A DNA stretch of 64,000 nt from an uncultured Clostridia bacterium (GTDB taxonomy: Bacteria > Bacillota > Clostridia > TANB77 > CAG-508). The first letter of the stretch is position 1, and every line of letters begins with the position of its first letter. The notes beneath the pieces were generated by a model. That model was not told where the DNA came from and did no database searches. It saw only the letters and a program-made list of their open reading frames with translations. This document shows, piece by piece, positions 10,042 to 19,787 of this stretch. The position numbers and the translations under genes were made by a program. The stretch lies in the NCBI GenBank assembly GCA_934162205.1, contig CAKPIA010000001.1:128058-192057 (forward strand), written 5' to 3'.

Positions 10042-11820
10042 TTATATTGCTCCATATTTTATTAATAATTTTTCTATTTCGGTACCTTTAATCTTTTTTA
10101 GTCCCTCTTTTAGTGCTAATTTTTGTGGCAATGATAAATCCATTTCTGTAATTTTTTTGCCGTCATTTAATTTTACTGTTGCACTTATTAAATCTCTTAT
10201 ATCATATACACTTCCCCATACTTCTGGAACTCCTCTATCTATATTGCATAATGTATATACTGCTTCCATTGCTGTTCTAATTGAATATTCTGTTGTAAAT
10301 ACTGTGTCTCTTGGTGTTTCTGCATATTGTCCTATAAATGCTAAATTTACAGATCCATTTGGTACAACTAATGGTCTATCTCCATATCTTCTTGGTTCAA
10401 AAAATGATGTTACATATGGCATCATGCATGGTGTTGTATTACATGCATTTTGTGCTAAATCCATAATTCTATCTTTTGGTATTCCTATATGATATAGCCA
10501 TTCAGCTGCAAGTTCAATACCAGTACATTGATACATAGGCTTATCTATAAAGTCTCCTTTATCCTCCCAACAATTTAATCCATAAACCCAAATTAAGCAA
10601 TCATCTTTTGCTTGTTCTCTAAATTGTCCTTGACGATTTATTGTCCAACTTATTAACCAAGATGAATCTTTACATGTTACAATTCCTCCTGTTACAACTT
10701 TACCAGAAAGTGGGTTACGATGACATATTTTTTCTATTGCATCTAGAATTTCTTTATTTGATGTTTCAACAGTCCAAGATTCCCAACTTGTTTCTCTTAT
10801 ATCTTTAAAAAACTTATCTGGATTTCCAAATGCTTTATCTTGTTTAGCCATATTTTTCCACAATTCTATTGATGGACCTTCTCCATTTTTTATTTTCAAC
10901 TCTGGAGCATGTGTTTGGTCTCCATATGCAGAATTATCTCCTTGGCATCCATTTGTTACAAAAACCAAATCATTTTCTGTTAATTCAATTTTTTTGTCTT
11001 CATTATTTTGAGTATAATAAATAACTTTAGCAAGTTTCATTTCTTCATTACAAGTACATTCAACATTTTTTACTGTTGTATCATATTCAAATTTTACTCC
11101 TCTGTCTTTTAAATATTTAACCATTGGTAAAATCATTGATTCATATTGATTGTATCTTGTAAATCTTAATGCACTTAAGTCTGGTAATCCATCTATATGA
11201 TGTATATATCTTTGTAAATATAATTTCATTTCCAATGCACTATGCCATTTTTCAAACGCAAACATTGTCTGCCAATAAATCCAGAAATTAGTTTTATAAA
11301 ACTCTTCATCAAATAAATCATCAATTGTCTTATCTGCTAATTCCTCATCTGTTGCCATAAATAATTTTAATAATTCTTCTGTTGCTTTAGGATTCATTCC
11401 ATATTTTTTATCTGTATGAGCATCTTGTCCTTGTTTTTCTGTTACACGACATAATGAATAATTTGGATCTTCTTTATTTACTTTGTAATATTCGGAAAAT
11501 ATAGTTTCTCCTGGATTGTCTATTGATGGTATTGAACGAAATAAATCCCACATACATTCAAAGTGATTATCCATTTCACGTCCACCACGCATAATATATC
11601 CTTTGTTTTTATCAAATATCCCATCACATGAGCCTCCTGGCAATGGTAAGTGCTCAAATAATGTTATATTTTCTCCTTTCATTTGAGCATCTCTTACTAA
11701 AAAACAAGCTACTGATAATCCTCCTAATCCTGTTCCTACTATATAAGCTTTTTTATTTTCTATCCCCTCTGGTTTTTCTGCTTTTGCAAAAGCTTCATAA
11801 TTTCCATTTGAATAATACAT
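10042..11820 (-). CDS. ohyA: Oleate hydratase (fatty-acid double-bond hydratase, MCRA family).
   Basis: MYYSNGNYEAFA N-terminus, FAD-binding GTGLGGLSVA, RGGREM motif. Length is 592 aa. Confidence 0.9.
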   Translation of the reverse strand: MYYSNGNYEAFAKAEKPEGIENKKAYIVGTGLGGLSVACFLVRDAQMKGENITLFEHLPLPGGSCDGIFDKNKGYIMRGGREMDNHFECMWDLFRSIPSIDNPGETIFSEYYKVNKEDPNYSLCRVTEKQGQDAHTDKKYGMNPKATEELLKLFMATDEELADKTIDDLFDEEFYKTNFWIYWQTMFAFEKWHSALEMKLYLQRYIHHIDGLPDLSALRFTRYNQYESMILPMVKYLKDRGVKFEYDTTVKNVECTCNEEMKLAKVIYYTQNNEDKKIELTENDLVFVTNGCQGDNSAYGDQTHAPELKIKNGEGPSIELWKNMAKQDKAFGNPDKFFKDIRETSWESWTVETSNKEILDAIEKICHRNPLSGKVVTGGIVTCKDSSWLISWTINRQGQFREQAKDDCLIWVYGLNCWEDKGDFIDKPMYQCTGIELAAEWLYHIGIPKDRIMDLAQNACNTTPCMMPYVTSFFEPRRYGDRPLVVPNGSVNLAFIGQYAETPRDTVFTTEYSIRTAMEAVYTLCNIDRGVPEVWGSVYDIRDLISATVKLNDGKKITEMDLSLPQKLALKEGLKKIKGTEIEKLLIKYGAI

Positions 11821-11938
11821 AATAATTACCTCCTATATTTTTTTTCAATATAGTAATAACATTTTGTATTTTTGATTTCAATAAACAAATTTTAATCAAT
11901 GATAAATTTTTTATCATATATTATAAATTGATGTAAAA

Positions 11939-12517
11939 TTAATTATTATCTTTGTTAAACTGTTCTAATGCTTCAATTATATTTCCATGAACTAATATAT
12001 TTAATTTATCTATAATTATTTTAGGATCTTCCTTCATATCTTCTTCTATCCAATCTAGCATTATCCCTACAAAAGCATTTTTATAAAAATTTGCAATAAA
12101 TTTTTTATCTTCTTCTTCTACTTTTATATTTTTAGATTTTTCGTTAATAACATCCATTATTAATTTATATGTTAATTCTTTTACAAATTTTTCTATATGT
12201 TCCCTACTAATATTTTTATACACATTCATTATAAATGGCTTATTTCCTAAAACTGCTTCAAATATTTGATAATAGCCTTCTTGCCAAGTGTCATATGTTT
12301 TTTTACCTTTTATTGCTTCTTTGGCATCTTCTAAACACACCCATTCTATTAATTCATATATATCGTGGAAGTGATAATAAAATGTCATTCTATTAATTCC
12401 ACAATCGTTTGTTAAATCTTCTACTGTTATTTTATTTACTTTTTTCTTTAATAGCATCTTTTTTAGAGAATTTTCTAATGCTTTTTTTGTTAAATTTGAC
12501 AATTCTATCATCTCCAA
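11939..12517 (-). CDS. TetR/AcrR family transcriptional regulator.
   Basis: N-terminal HTH (ITVEDLTNDCGINRMTFYYHFHDIYEL). Length is 192 aa. It is adjacent to ohyA, as in other Firmicutes. Confidence 0.85.
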   Translation of the reverse strand: MEMIELSNLTKKALENSLKKMLLKKKVNKITVEDLTNDCGINRMTFYYHFHDIYELIEWVCLEDAKEAIKGKKTYDTWQEGYYQIFEAVLGNKPFIMNVYKNISREHIEKFVKELTYKLIMDVINEKSKNIKVEEEDKKFIANFYKNAFVGIMLDWIEEDMKEDPKIIIDKLNILVHGNIIEALEQFNKDNN

Positions 12518-12701
12518 TTTTTATTTAGTATATATTATTTTTTAGTTTTTTTCTAGCCAAAATTTAAAAATTTTATATTGTTTAATTTTAAATTAGAACT
12601 ACTTTTTTTATCTTTTAATTTTTTTCATATCAATTATTCCTTTTTATAAAAATAATAGTAATTTAGGCATTATATTTTTGTAAAATTATTCCAATTTTCT
12701 A

Positions 12702-12730
12702 TTGACAAGTTTAAGATTTTGAATTATATT
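12702..12730 (+). promoter_or_regulatory. Sigma-A-type promoter upstream of the LytTR regulator operon.
   Basis: TTGACA, then a 17-nt spacer, then TATATT, about 95 nt upstream of the start codon. Confidence 0.5.
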
Positions 12731-12823
12731 GTTACTGCTATTGGAAAAATAAGGTAATTTTGGGTTATATGTCGAAAACTATCAATACTTTAAAAAAAGC
12801 CCACTACAAGGAGAGAATTTTTA

Positions 12824-13534
12824 ATGATAAATTTTATAATTTGTGATGATAATCAAATAATTCTAGATAAATTAGAAAAAATTTTAAATGATATATTTTC
12901 TAGAAATGGATTTGAAGCTCAAGTAGCATTAAAATCTACTAATGTTGACGAAGTTCTTGACTTCGTTACTTTTAACAAAGTGGATGTTTTAATTTTAGAT
13001 ATAAATTTAAAATCTAGACTTACAGGATTAGAACTTGCTCAAAAAGTAAGAGAATTTAATAAAGACTGCTATTTAATATTTACAACAGGTCATCTAGAAT
13101 ATGCAATGCTTGCTTATAAATTCAAAACTTTTGATTATTTAGCAAAACCTATCACATCTGAAAGATTAGAAGATACTATTATAAGATTGTTTGATGATAT
13201 GTTTGGACAACCTAAAAAATATATGAAAATAGATAATAAAAATACACTTATTAATGAAGCAGATATTCAATATATTAAAAGAGAAGGGATGAGGCTTGTT
13301 TACCACACCAGAGATATGGATTATTTTACTTATGGCTCTTTTAATAAAATTCAACCTTCGCTACCAGAAAATTTTATAAGATGTCACAAATCTTATATAG
13401 TAAATATAAATAATGTAAAAAATTATGATGCGACCACTAATACTATTAGTTTTGGTAATAGTGTTTCTTGTGCTGTTGGTCCTAAATATAAAAAGATAAT
13501 TATGGAGGTGTTAAACAATTATGGAAATAAATAA
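12824..13534 (+). CDS. agrA: LytTR-family response regulator (AgrA-like).
   Basis: Receiver domain (DVLILDINL) plus a C-terminal LytTR DNA-binding domain. Length is 236 aa. Confidence 0.85.
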   Translation: MINFIICDDNQIILDKLEKILNDIFSRNGFEAQVALKSTNVDEVLDFVTFNKVDVLILDINLKSRLTGLELAQKVREFNKDCYLIFTTGHLEYAMLAYKFKTFDYLAKPITSERLEDTIIRLFDDMFGQPKKYMKIDNKNTLINEADIQYIKREGMRLVYHTRDMDYFTYGSFNKIQPSLPENFIRCHKSYIVNINNVKNYDATTNTISFGNSVSCAVGPKYKKIIMEVLNNYGNK

Positions 13535-14864
13535 TATTTGGAGTGCTCTATCAAGTGAGAATATTGCAATTATAAATCTTATGAAATACATTGGAATGTT
13601 TATAGAAAGTTATCTTCTTCTTAAACTTTCTTTATCAGCCTTAAACGTAAATTCTTCTAAGAAACAACGAATATTATATGTTTTACTTTTAGGACTAGAA
13701 GGAATTATAAGTTCTTATATAATACCATCACCCTTAAATTTAATTACAAATTATTTTATTAATTTCTTATTAGTTTTATTCATTTTTAAAATAAAACCTT
13801 TAAAAGTAATTTTATTTATAATATTACCAATTTGTATTTTTGCTTTGTTGGGAACACTAATAATAAATCCTTATTTAACATTATTAGATATTACATACGA
13901 ACAAACCGAATCTATTCCAATTTACAGATTAGGTTATTTAGCAATAATGTATACTATTGTTGGTTTAATAATTTGTATCATCAAATGTAAAAATTTTAAA
14001 ATCGCAGTATTAGAAGAACTTGATAAAAAAACAAAATTAATTATAATAAGTAATTTTATTTTAGGATTAATTGTTTTATGTATTCAATTATTTATTAATT
14101 TTTATTATATTAATGAATTTCCTTTAATAATAACTTTTTTAAATTTTATATCTTTATTAGCTTATTTCTTTATAAGTATATATAGTTTAACTAGAGTAAC
14201 AAAATTATATAAAACTCAAAAACAATTAGAAAATTCAGAAGCTTATAATAAATCTTTATCAATATTACATGATAATATTAGATGTTTTAAACATGATTTT
14301 GATAACATTGTTGCAACAATCGGTGGATATGTAAAAACAGATGATATGGAAGGTCTTAAAAAATATTATTATCAATTAGAAGATGATTGTCAAAGAGTTA
14401 ACAATATTGCAACACTAAGTCCAGAAATAATAAATAATCCAGGTGTATATGCAATACTTAGTTCTAAATATCATAAAGCTGATGAAAAAAATATTAAAAT
14501 TAATTTAGAATTTTTCTTAGATTTAAACACACTTAATATGAAAATTTATGAATTTACTAGAATCTTTGGTATACTTTTAGATAATGCAATAGAAGCAAGT
14601 TCAGAATGTGAAGAAAAACTTATAAATATAAAATTTAGAAATGAAGAAAGCAAACATAGGCAAATTGTTGTTATTGAAAATACATTTAAAGATTCAAAAT
14701 TAAATATTGATGATATTTTTCAAAAAGGTGTATCTGGAAAAGAAAATCATACTGGACTTGGATTATGGGAAGTAAGACAAATTTTAAAGAAAAATAATAA
14801 CTTAAATTTACATACACAAAAATCTGAAAATATGTTTATTCAGCAACTTGAAATTTATTATTAA
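13521..14864 (+). CDS. agrC: AgrC-like (HPK10) sensor histidine kinase.
   Basis: Six to seven N-terminal TM helices, H-box FKHDFDN, N-box LLDNAIEAS, G-box GLGLWEV. It overlaps the regulator gene by 14 nt, suggesting translational coupling. Confidence 0.85.
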   Translation: MEINNIWSALSSENIAIINLMKYIGMFIESYLLLKLSLSALNVNSSKKQRILYVLLLGLEGIISSYIIPSPLNLITNYFINFLLVLFIFKIKPLKVILFIILPICIFALLGTLIINPYLTLLDITYEQTESIPIYRLGYLAIMYTIVGLIICIIKCKNFKIAVLEELDKKTKLIIISNFILGLIVLCIQLFINFYYINEFPLIITFLNFISLLAYFFISIYSLTRVTKLYKTQKQLENSEAYNKSLSILHDNIRCFKHDFDNIVATIGGYVKTDDMEGLKKYYYQLEDDCQRVNNIATLSPEIINNPGVYAILSSKYHKADEKNIKINLEFFLDLNTLNMKIYEFTRIFGILLDNAIEASSECEEKLINIKFRNEESKHRQIVVIENTFKDSKLNIDDIFQKGVSGKENHTGLGLWEVRQILKKNNNLNLHTQKSENMFIQQLEIYY

Positions 14865-14877
14865 TAAATACATAAAA

Positions 14878-14910
14878 AAATAACAGCCTTTATTGGCTGT
14901 TATTTTTTTG
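14878..14910. terminator. Bidirectional terminator between the convergent agrC and agrD.
   Basis: AATAACAGCC..GGCTGTTATT stem plus a T7 tract. Confidence 0.6.
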
Positions 14911-14961
14911 TAAAATGGTTTATTTTATAATATTTGCTAAGTTAGCATTATAAAATACTTA

Positions 14962-15081
14962 TTAGTCTTTTTTTATCATAGAAACTGGCATTTTAGGTTG
15001 ATGTAACAACCAAACTAAGAAACATGCTGTATTTGTTGTCTTTGCATACTTTTCTGCAATTTTTGCTAAAATTTTTAACAT
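14962..15081 (-). CDS. agrD: AgrD-like autoinducing peptide precursor of 39 aa. Not in the ORF track.
   Basis: Minus-strand ORF MLKILAKIAEKYAKTTNTACFLVWLLHQPKMPVSMIKKD with RBS AAGGGGGAA 6 nt upstream. It has an amphipathic leader, a single Cys followed by hydrophobics, then a charged HQP...P tail, as in the C. perfringens AgrD sequence recalled from memory (..SACLWFTHQPEEPK..). It lies 57 nt downstream of agrB. Confidence 0.75.
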   Translation of the reverse strand: MLKILAKIAEKYAKTTNTACFLVWLLHQPKMPVSMIKKD

Positions 15082-15138
15082 AAAAATTCCCCCTTTATTT
15101 TTAATTTTTATATAAGAAAAAATTTGTAATGTTTAATC

Positions 15139-15741
15139 TTAGTATACTTCATAACCATATTTATTATTAGTTAGTCTGTACATTACTTTAGTTATTGATA
15201 AGGTCTGAAGTAATGTTCCTATAATTAATATGTTAGATATTACATTATCTCTTATGAAAATTGCAGCTATCAAAGAAATTGTAGCTATAATATAAGAAGC
15301 TAATTGTTTCTTTCGTCTTACTTTAGTTTCTAAGATAGGTACTTCTTCTGTGTCAGCCGGTGCATAAAGTTTTATCATTGCCATCGAAAATATCCATATT
15401 AATGATATAAGAATATATTTAACAATATCATTTAAAACTATATATTGACTTACAAATGCAGTACCACAATATGTTAATGTTGTTGCTATTATGCAACCAA
15501 TATGTGTATGTAGGTGAAATCCTCCCGAAACTGATCTGTATGGCATTATTAATATAAAAGTTATTAGTGTTAATTTAAATATACCTAATATCCATGATAT
15601 TAATAATATTATAAAAATTTTTGGTATCTCACCTATTAAAATTTGTAGGCCATAATTGATGACTTGCGTTCTCTCATCATCAATTTCTGGCATTTTCTTT
15701 CGTATTTTGTTGGTTAAAAATAAGCAGATTTTGTCTATCAT
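15139..15741 (-). CDS. agrB: AgrB-family AgrD-processing membrane endopeptidase.
   Basis: 200-aa polytopic membrane protein with the conserved RSVSGGFHLHTHIGCIIATTL block (catalytic His/Cys). RBS is GAGGTGAGGTG. Confidence 0.85.
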   Translation of the reverse strand: MIDKICLFLTNKIRKKMPEIDDERTQVINYGLQILIGEIPKIFIILLISWILGIFKLTLITFILIMPYRSVSGGFHLHTHIGCIIATTLTYCGTAFVSQYIVLNDIVKYILISLIWIFSMAMIKLYAPADTEEVPILETKVRRKKQLASYIIATISLIAAIFIRDNVISNILIIGTLLQTLSITKVMYRLTNNKYGYEVY

Positions 15742-15929
15742 ATTTTTTCACCTCACCTCTATTTGAGTTCAATTAGAGTTTATCATTAATATTCATTTTT
15801 GATTTTTTTCTTTTATAAAATGTATAAAATAATTCATAAAACTTTTTTCCATGTATTTTTTGTAAAAAAATCATTTTATAAAAAAAGAGGCTAGAAATTT
15901 TTTCTAGTCTCTTAAGAAAATTATTACTT

Positions 15930-17009
15930 TTATAAAGTTTCTTTATACATATTTGCATACATTTCCAATGCATCATCAAAAGAATCTGCAAGAATAATCT
16001 CACCATGTAATTTCATAATACCTTTCTGATATTTATCCATTACAGGTTTAATTTTATAGAGTTCTCCCCATTCTCCATACCGAAGATATTCACTACTATT
16101 GTACTTTAAAGTCTTATTACTATAAGTAATATCTTTACAATGACCATGTACAATAATACTCTTCTTTGGAAAAGTTTCAAATAATTCAAGTACCAAAGGT
16201 GTCTCAGAAGATGGATTAATTTTTCCAGCCCAAGAAACAATATGATCTTTACTGTCAAGAATAAGTGTAAGATTTTCTCGTTTCAATGCTCCTACAGAGG
16301 CTCCAGTAGACGTTATTAAAACTCCCTCTGGTATCTTTCTTGCAATAAAACCAGCCACACCATTAGTATATTGATTCTCTTGCAAAAATTTTCCTACTGT
16401 AAAAAATTCTGGAAAATATTTAGTAATAATATCTGTCATGTCATAATCAATCTTCTTGTGTGAATATCTTATCTTTGTATATCTGTGGCATATATTATCT
16501 AAAATCTTTTCCCATGGAGCCATTGTAATTCTATCCAAAGTTCCATCTTCATTATAAATGTACTCTGGATATACAATAGAAACATTACCAAAAGCATTAA
16601 TCTTAGCAAAGTTTTCCTTAGTTATAGGATGATTGAAATATCCCTGGTTCATAGATGGTGCAATTACAATGTACTTACCATATCCAATTGCTGAATGAAT
16701 AATCGATAATGGATAATTATCAGCAATTCCATTAGCAATTTTTGAAAATGTATTAAAAGTACATGGTGCTACAACAATTAAATCTTCTTCAGGAATTCTT
16801 TCATTGATAGAATTTGCTCTATTAAATGTATAGTCTCTCTTAATTTTATACCCTTCAACTGTTCTTAAGTCCATTATTGAACAACTAGCCGCAGTAGGCA
16901 TTAGGATACATGTTGCTCCTTCTGCTTTAAGGTAATCTAAGAGAATCTTTACATCTTTACTCTTGTTAGCTCCTGTTGTTACAACATAAACCACTTTACC
17001 TTTAAGCAT
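15930..17009 (-). CDS. Fusion protein with an N-terminal HFCD/CoaC-like flavoprotein domain and a C-terminal class II aldolase/adducin domain.
   Basis: N-terminal VVYVVTTGANKS...LIVVAPCTFNTFSKIANGIADN...YIVIAPSMN matches the flavoprotein (PF02441-like) signature. C-terminal NGVAGFIARK..VLITSTGASVGALKRENL...SSETPLVLELF...IIVHGHC matches the class II aldolase signature (GGN(I/V)S, ITPSG, HTHS-like). Confidence 0.6.
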   Translation of the reverse strand: MLKGKVVYVVTTGANKSKDVKILLDYLKAEGATCILMPTAASCSIMDLRTVEGYKIKRDYTFNRANSINERIPEEDLIVVAPCTFNTFSKIANGIADNYPLSIIHSAIGYGKYIVIAPSMNQGYFNHPITKENFAKINAFGNVSIVYPEYIYNEDGTLDRITMAPWEKILDNICHRYTKIRYSHKKIDYDMTDIITKYFPEFFTVGKFLQENQYTNGVAGFIARKIPEGVLITSTGASVGALKRENLTLILDSKDHIVSWAGKINPSSETPLVLELFETFPKKSIIVHGHCKDITYSNKTLKYNSSEYLRYGEWGELYKIKPVMDKYQKGIMKLHGEIILADSFDDALEMYANMYKETL

Positions 17010-17020
17010 ATTATTTCCTC

Positions 17021-17530
17021 CTATTCAAAATTATATTTTCGATATAGTTCATATGCAATCGCCGAAACAGCAACTGGTAATGTAAGAAAATCAACTTTTG
17101 ATTTATCCATTGGTAGCTTAATTATTTCATCTAACATTTTCTGTTTAGCAATAGTTAAGCCAGATGTTTCTGTTCCAAAAACTACAACAACATCTTTATC
17201 TTCAGGTAAATCTAAATCATAAAAAATTTTGTTGGTGTTTCCAGATGTACCAATAAGATATTTTCCCTTTGCTCTTAAGTCCGTAATAGCTTCTTCAAAG
17301 GTATTGTAATGAATCTCCTTTACCTCACCTGTAATATTCCATGATTTAACTTTACTTGTAATTTTTGGAATATCAAATGGTATTGAATTTTTTCCAGCCG
17401 TATAGATAACGCAATCAATTGCATTTGCAATCTGGATAACATGTGCAATATCATACGGTGACCGAATTGTGTCAAATAACAGTTCTACTTTTTTCATAAT
17501 GTTTACCTCACCTTTCACTTTTTTTTGCAA
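17021..17530 (-). CDS. SPOUT (SpoU/TrmH-family, TrmL-like) RNA 2'-O-methyltransferase.
   Basis: VVVFGTETSGL and IKLPM...TLPVAVSAIAYELYR motifs. Length is 169 aa, comparable to TrmL. Confidence 0.65.
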   Translation of the reverse strand: MQKKVKGEVNIMKKVELLFDTIRSPYDIAHVIQIANAIDCVIYTAGKNSIPFDIPKITSKVKSWNITGEVKEIHYNTFEEAITDLRAKGKYLIGTSGNTNKIFYDLDLPEDKDVVVVFGTETSGLTIAKQKMLDEIIKLPMDKSKVDFLTLPVAVSAIAYELYRKYNFE

Positions 17531-18218
17531 CCAAAATAAATGGATCTGATGTTATGTTACAATTACCATTTAAGTTTTCTATTATTTTTTCTTCATCTTT
17601 TTCAGAATAATTCTCAATAAAAGGAAAACTTTTAGTAATGTTAATAATTTCTTGAACACTTTGATACTTTCTTTGTATCTCATATTGTTCAACACTAATA
17701 ATATCAAACCCAGATTTCTCAAGTTTAGTAGAATAATATTCAATCTTTCTGCTTCTAATCAGTCTATTTCTAAACAGACTAGCTATTTCTACTAATCCCT
17801 TACTTGGTCCATATTCTCTAAAAACAAAATATCCCCCATTTTTAAGTACTCTGTATAATTCATCAGAATCATATATAGTTACATTTTTTGCAGTAATAAT
17901 ATCAAAAGAATTATTTGCAAAAGGAAGATTATTATTGTCTGCTTCAAGAATATTTGCACTTTCTCCCAAATTTTTTCTGGCTACTTTTACCATTTCACTT
18001 GAATTATCAACTCCTGTCAATGTGCTTTTGATACTTGAACATTCTTTAATTTGTTTTAATACAAATCCATTTCCTGTTCCAATATCAAGGATTTTAGATC
18101 CCTCTTCCATAAAAGAAATAATTTTCCGAACAAACAAACTATTAATATCCTGAGTTTGTTTGACGGGTGCTGCAATACTAGTGCTACGAATATTCACAAC
18201 TTTTTCATCGTAAAACAT
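17508..18218 (-). CDS. Class I SAM-dependent methyltransferase.
   Basis: ILDIGTGNGFV motif I, Methyltransf_11-like. Overlaps the downstream SPOUT gene by 23 nt. Confidence 0.75.
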   Translation of the reverse strand: MFYDEKVVNIRSTSIAAPVKQTQDINSLFVRKIISFMEEGSKILDIGTGNGFVLKQIKECSSIKSTLTGVDNSSEMVKVARKNLGESANILEADNNNLPFANNSFDIITAKNVTIYDSDELYRVLKNGGYFVFREYGPSKGLVEIASLFRNRLIRSRKIEYYSTKLEKSGFDIISVEQYEIQRKYQSVQEIINITKSFPFIENYSEKDEEKIIENLNGNCNITSDPFILVAKKSER

Positions 18219-18327
18219 CTTTTCACCCTTTCATAAATTATTTTTACTGGATCATTTTATCATTTTATGTATACTTTGTCAATAATTAAGCTTTTAAAAT
18301 ACAAAAAGTACAGCATTAACTGTACTC

Positions 18328-18771
18328 TTAAAATTTATCTATCTTTTCTTCTTTAAAAAATTTTTCCTTTTTAATTCCTAATTTTAAAACATCTTCTAGT
18401 ATTTTCTTATCTCCAAACCAATTTATTTGTTCTATAAATTCATCAAACTTGCACCATTTATAATCTATACTTTCTTCATTCAATACGATATTGGTTTTAT
18501 TTACAAAACTTATATACACATATTCTTTACAATGTACTTTTAATGATTCATATTCTAAAATCCAATTTAAATAAATATTATTATTAGTCAATAGTCCTGT
18601 TTCTTCTTTTACTTCTCTTTTAACAGTTTCTTCTCTATCTAAATCCTCTTCTTCACATCCTCCTGTTACTACATACCAAAATGATTTTTTAAATTGTGGA
18701 TCATCATCACTACCTTTTAATAATAATATTTCGTTATATTCATTTACAATAAATGTTAAAATTTTATTCAC
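18328..18771 (-). CDS. NUDIX hydrolase.
   Basis: Nudix box GGCEEEDLDREETVKREVKEETGL. Confidence 0.8.
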   Translation of the reverse strand: MNKILTFIVNEYNEILLLKGSDDDPQFKKSFWYVVTGGCEEEDLDREETVKREVKEETGLLTNNNIYLNWILEYESLKVHCKEYVYISFVNKTNIVLNEESIDYKWCKFDEFIEQINWFGDKKILEDVLKLGIKKEKFFKEEKIDKF

Positions 18772-18930
18772 TTATATCACCATATATAAGTATATCACTT
18801 AACCATATATTTAGCAATAAATTATCAAGTCATTTACTTTTATGTAAATTCATGCTATAATATTGACGTTCTCAATTATATTTAAACACAAACTATGTTT
18901 TAGTTTGTAAATCTACAAGGAGGTATTGAC

Positions 18931-19734
18931 ATGAGTAATTGGTACGAATCTAGCATCAAGTCATTGGTTGAAGAGTATTTTAAAGAACATGGTTTTCCCG
19001 TTGTCTTTGACTCTTCAGAGTTCTGGAATGTGTTTATTGAAAAATATCATAAACAACTTCCCAGCTCTCAAATAGCACATTTTGATAAAATTGCTACAGA
19101 AGCACGGTCATATGCATTTAATAAAAAATATGGTACCTATTCATATTTAACAGATTATCGTTCTGTATGTGAAAATTGGAATCATATTATCTTAAATGAA
19201 ATCCAAAAAATTCTTGGAAAAAATTTGGATTCAAAAAAAGTTCTTGCTTTAGGAGCTAATAACGGCTCTGAACTTGCTATCATCTTTGAGAATTTTTTTA
19301 ATACAATTGATTTTAATGTTGTAGAAATCTCAGAAACAGCTTGTTCTTCTGGCAAGACACTTTATCCAAATATTAATTTCATATGTGCGTCAATGGATGA
19401 AGTACCTCTTTCTGAAAATGAATTTGATATTTTCATCAGTTTACGTGCTGCATACTGTGCGGGTAATAACCTCGACTTTATAGTTAACAAGGCTATCCAT
19501 TCTGTTAAACCTGGCGGAGTTATCATCTTTTCCATATCAAATGGATACATTGATGTATCTGATGGTAAATATACACCTATTAAAGGAGTATATAACCCGG
19601 AAAATAAACATTGTGATGAAACAGAAACTGAAAGAAACATCAATTGGATGAAAAATGCTATGTTGACAAATGGTTGCTCAAAGGTTGATTTAGTTGATGC
19701 AGAAAGTGAGATTCTACTTATTTCTAAGCGTTAA
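18931..19734 (+). CDS. Putative SAM-dependent methyltransferase-like protein.
   Basis: KVLALGANNGSEL (motif I-like), FDIFISLRAAY, VKPGGVIIFSI. The assignment is tentative. Confidence 0.45.
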   Translation: MSNWYESSIKSLVEEYFKEHGFPVVFDSSEFWNVFIEKYHKQLPSSQIAHFDKIATEARSYAFNKKYGTYSYLTDYRSVCENWNHIILNEIQKILGKNLDSKKVLALGANNGSELAIIFENFFNTIDFNVVEISETACSSGKTLYPNINFICASMDEVPLSENEFDIFISLRAAYCAGNNLDFIVNKAIHSVKPGGVIIFSISNGYIDVSDGKYTPIKGVYNPENKHCDETETERNINWMKNAMLTNGCSKVDLVDAESEILLISKR

Positions 19735-19744
19735 CTCCAAAAAA

Positions 19745-19787
19745 CATACTAATAGAGTCCTTATGTATAAGGACTCTATTAGTATAT
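19745..19787. terminator. Strong bidirectional hairpin terminator.
   Basis: ATACTAATAGAGTCCTTA-TGTA-TAAGGACTCTATTAGTAT, an 18-bp perfect stem. Confidence 0.7.

Noticed and set aside
15756-15781. Imperfect direct repeats AACTCTAAT / AACTCAAAT (minus strand) considered as a LytTR/AgrA-binding site upstream of agrB.
   Set aside because: They lie within about 10 nt of the agrB Shine-Dalgarno, inside the 5' UTR and not upstream of a -35. The spacing and sequence do not match the AgrA consensus convincingly.
15773-16006. 77-aa ORF overlapping the 3' end of the flavoprotein-aldolase gene.
   Set aside because: Out-of-frame overlap with a supported CDS, no RBS, and a Lys/Phe-rich low-complexity product.
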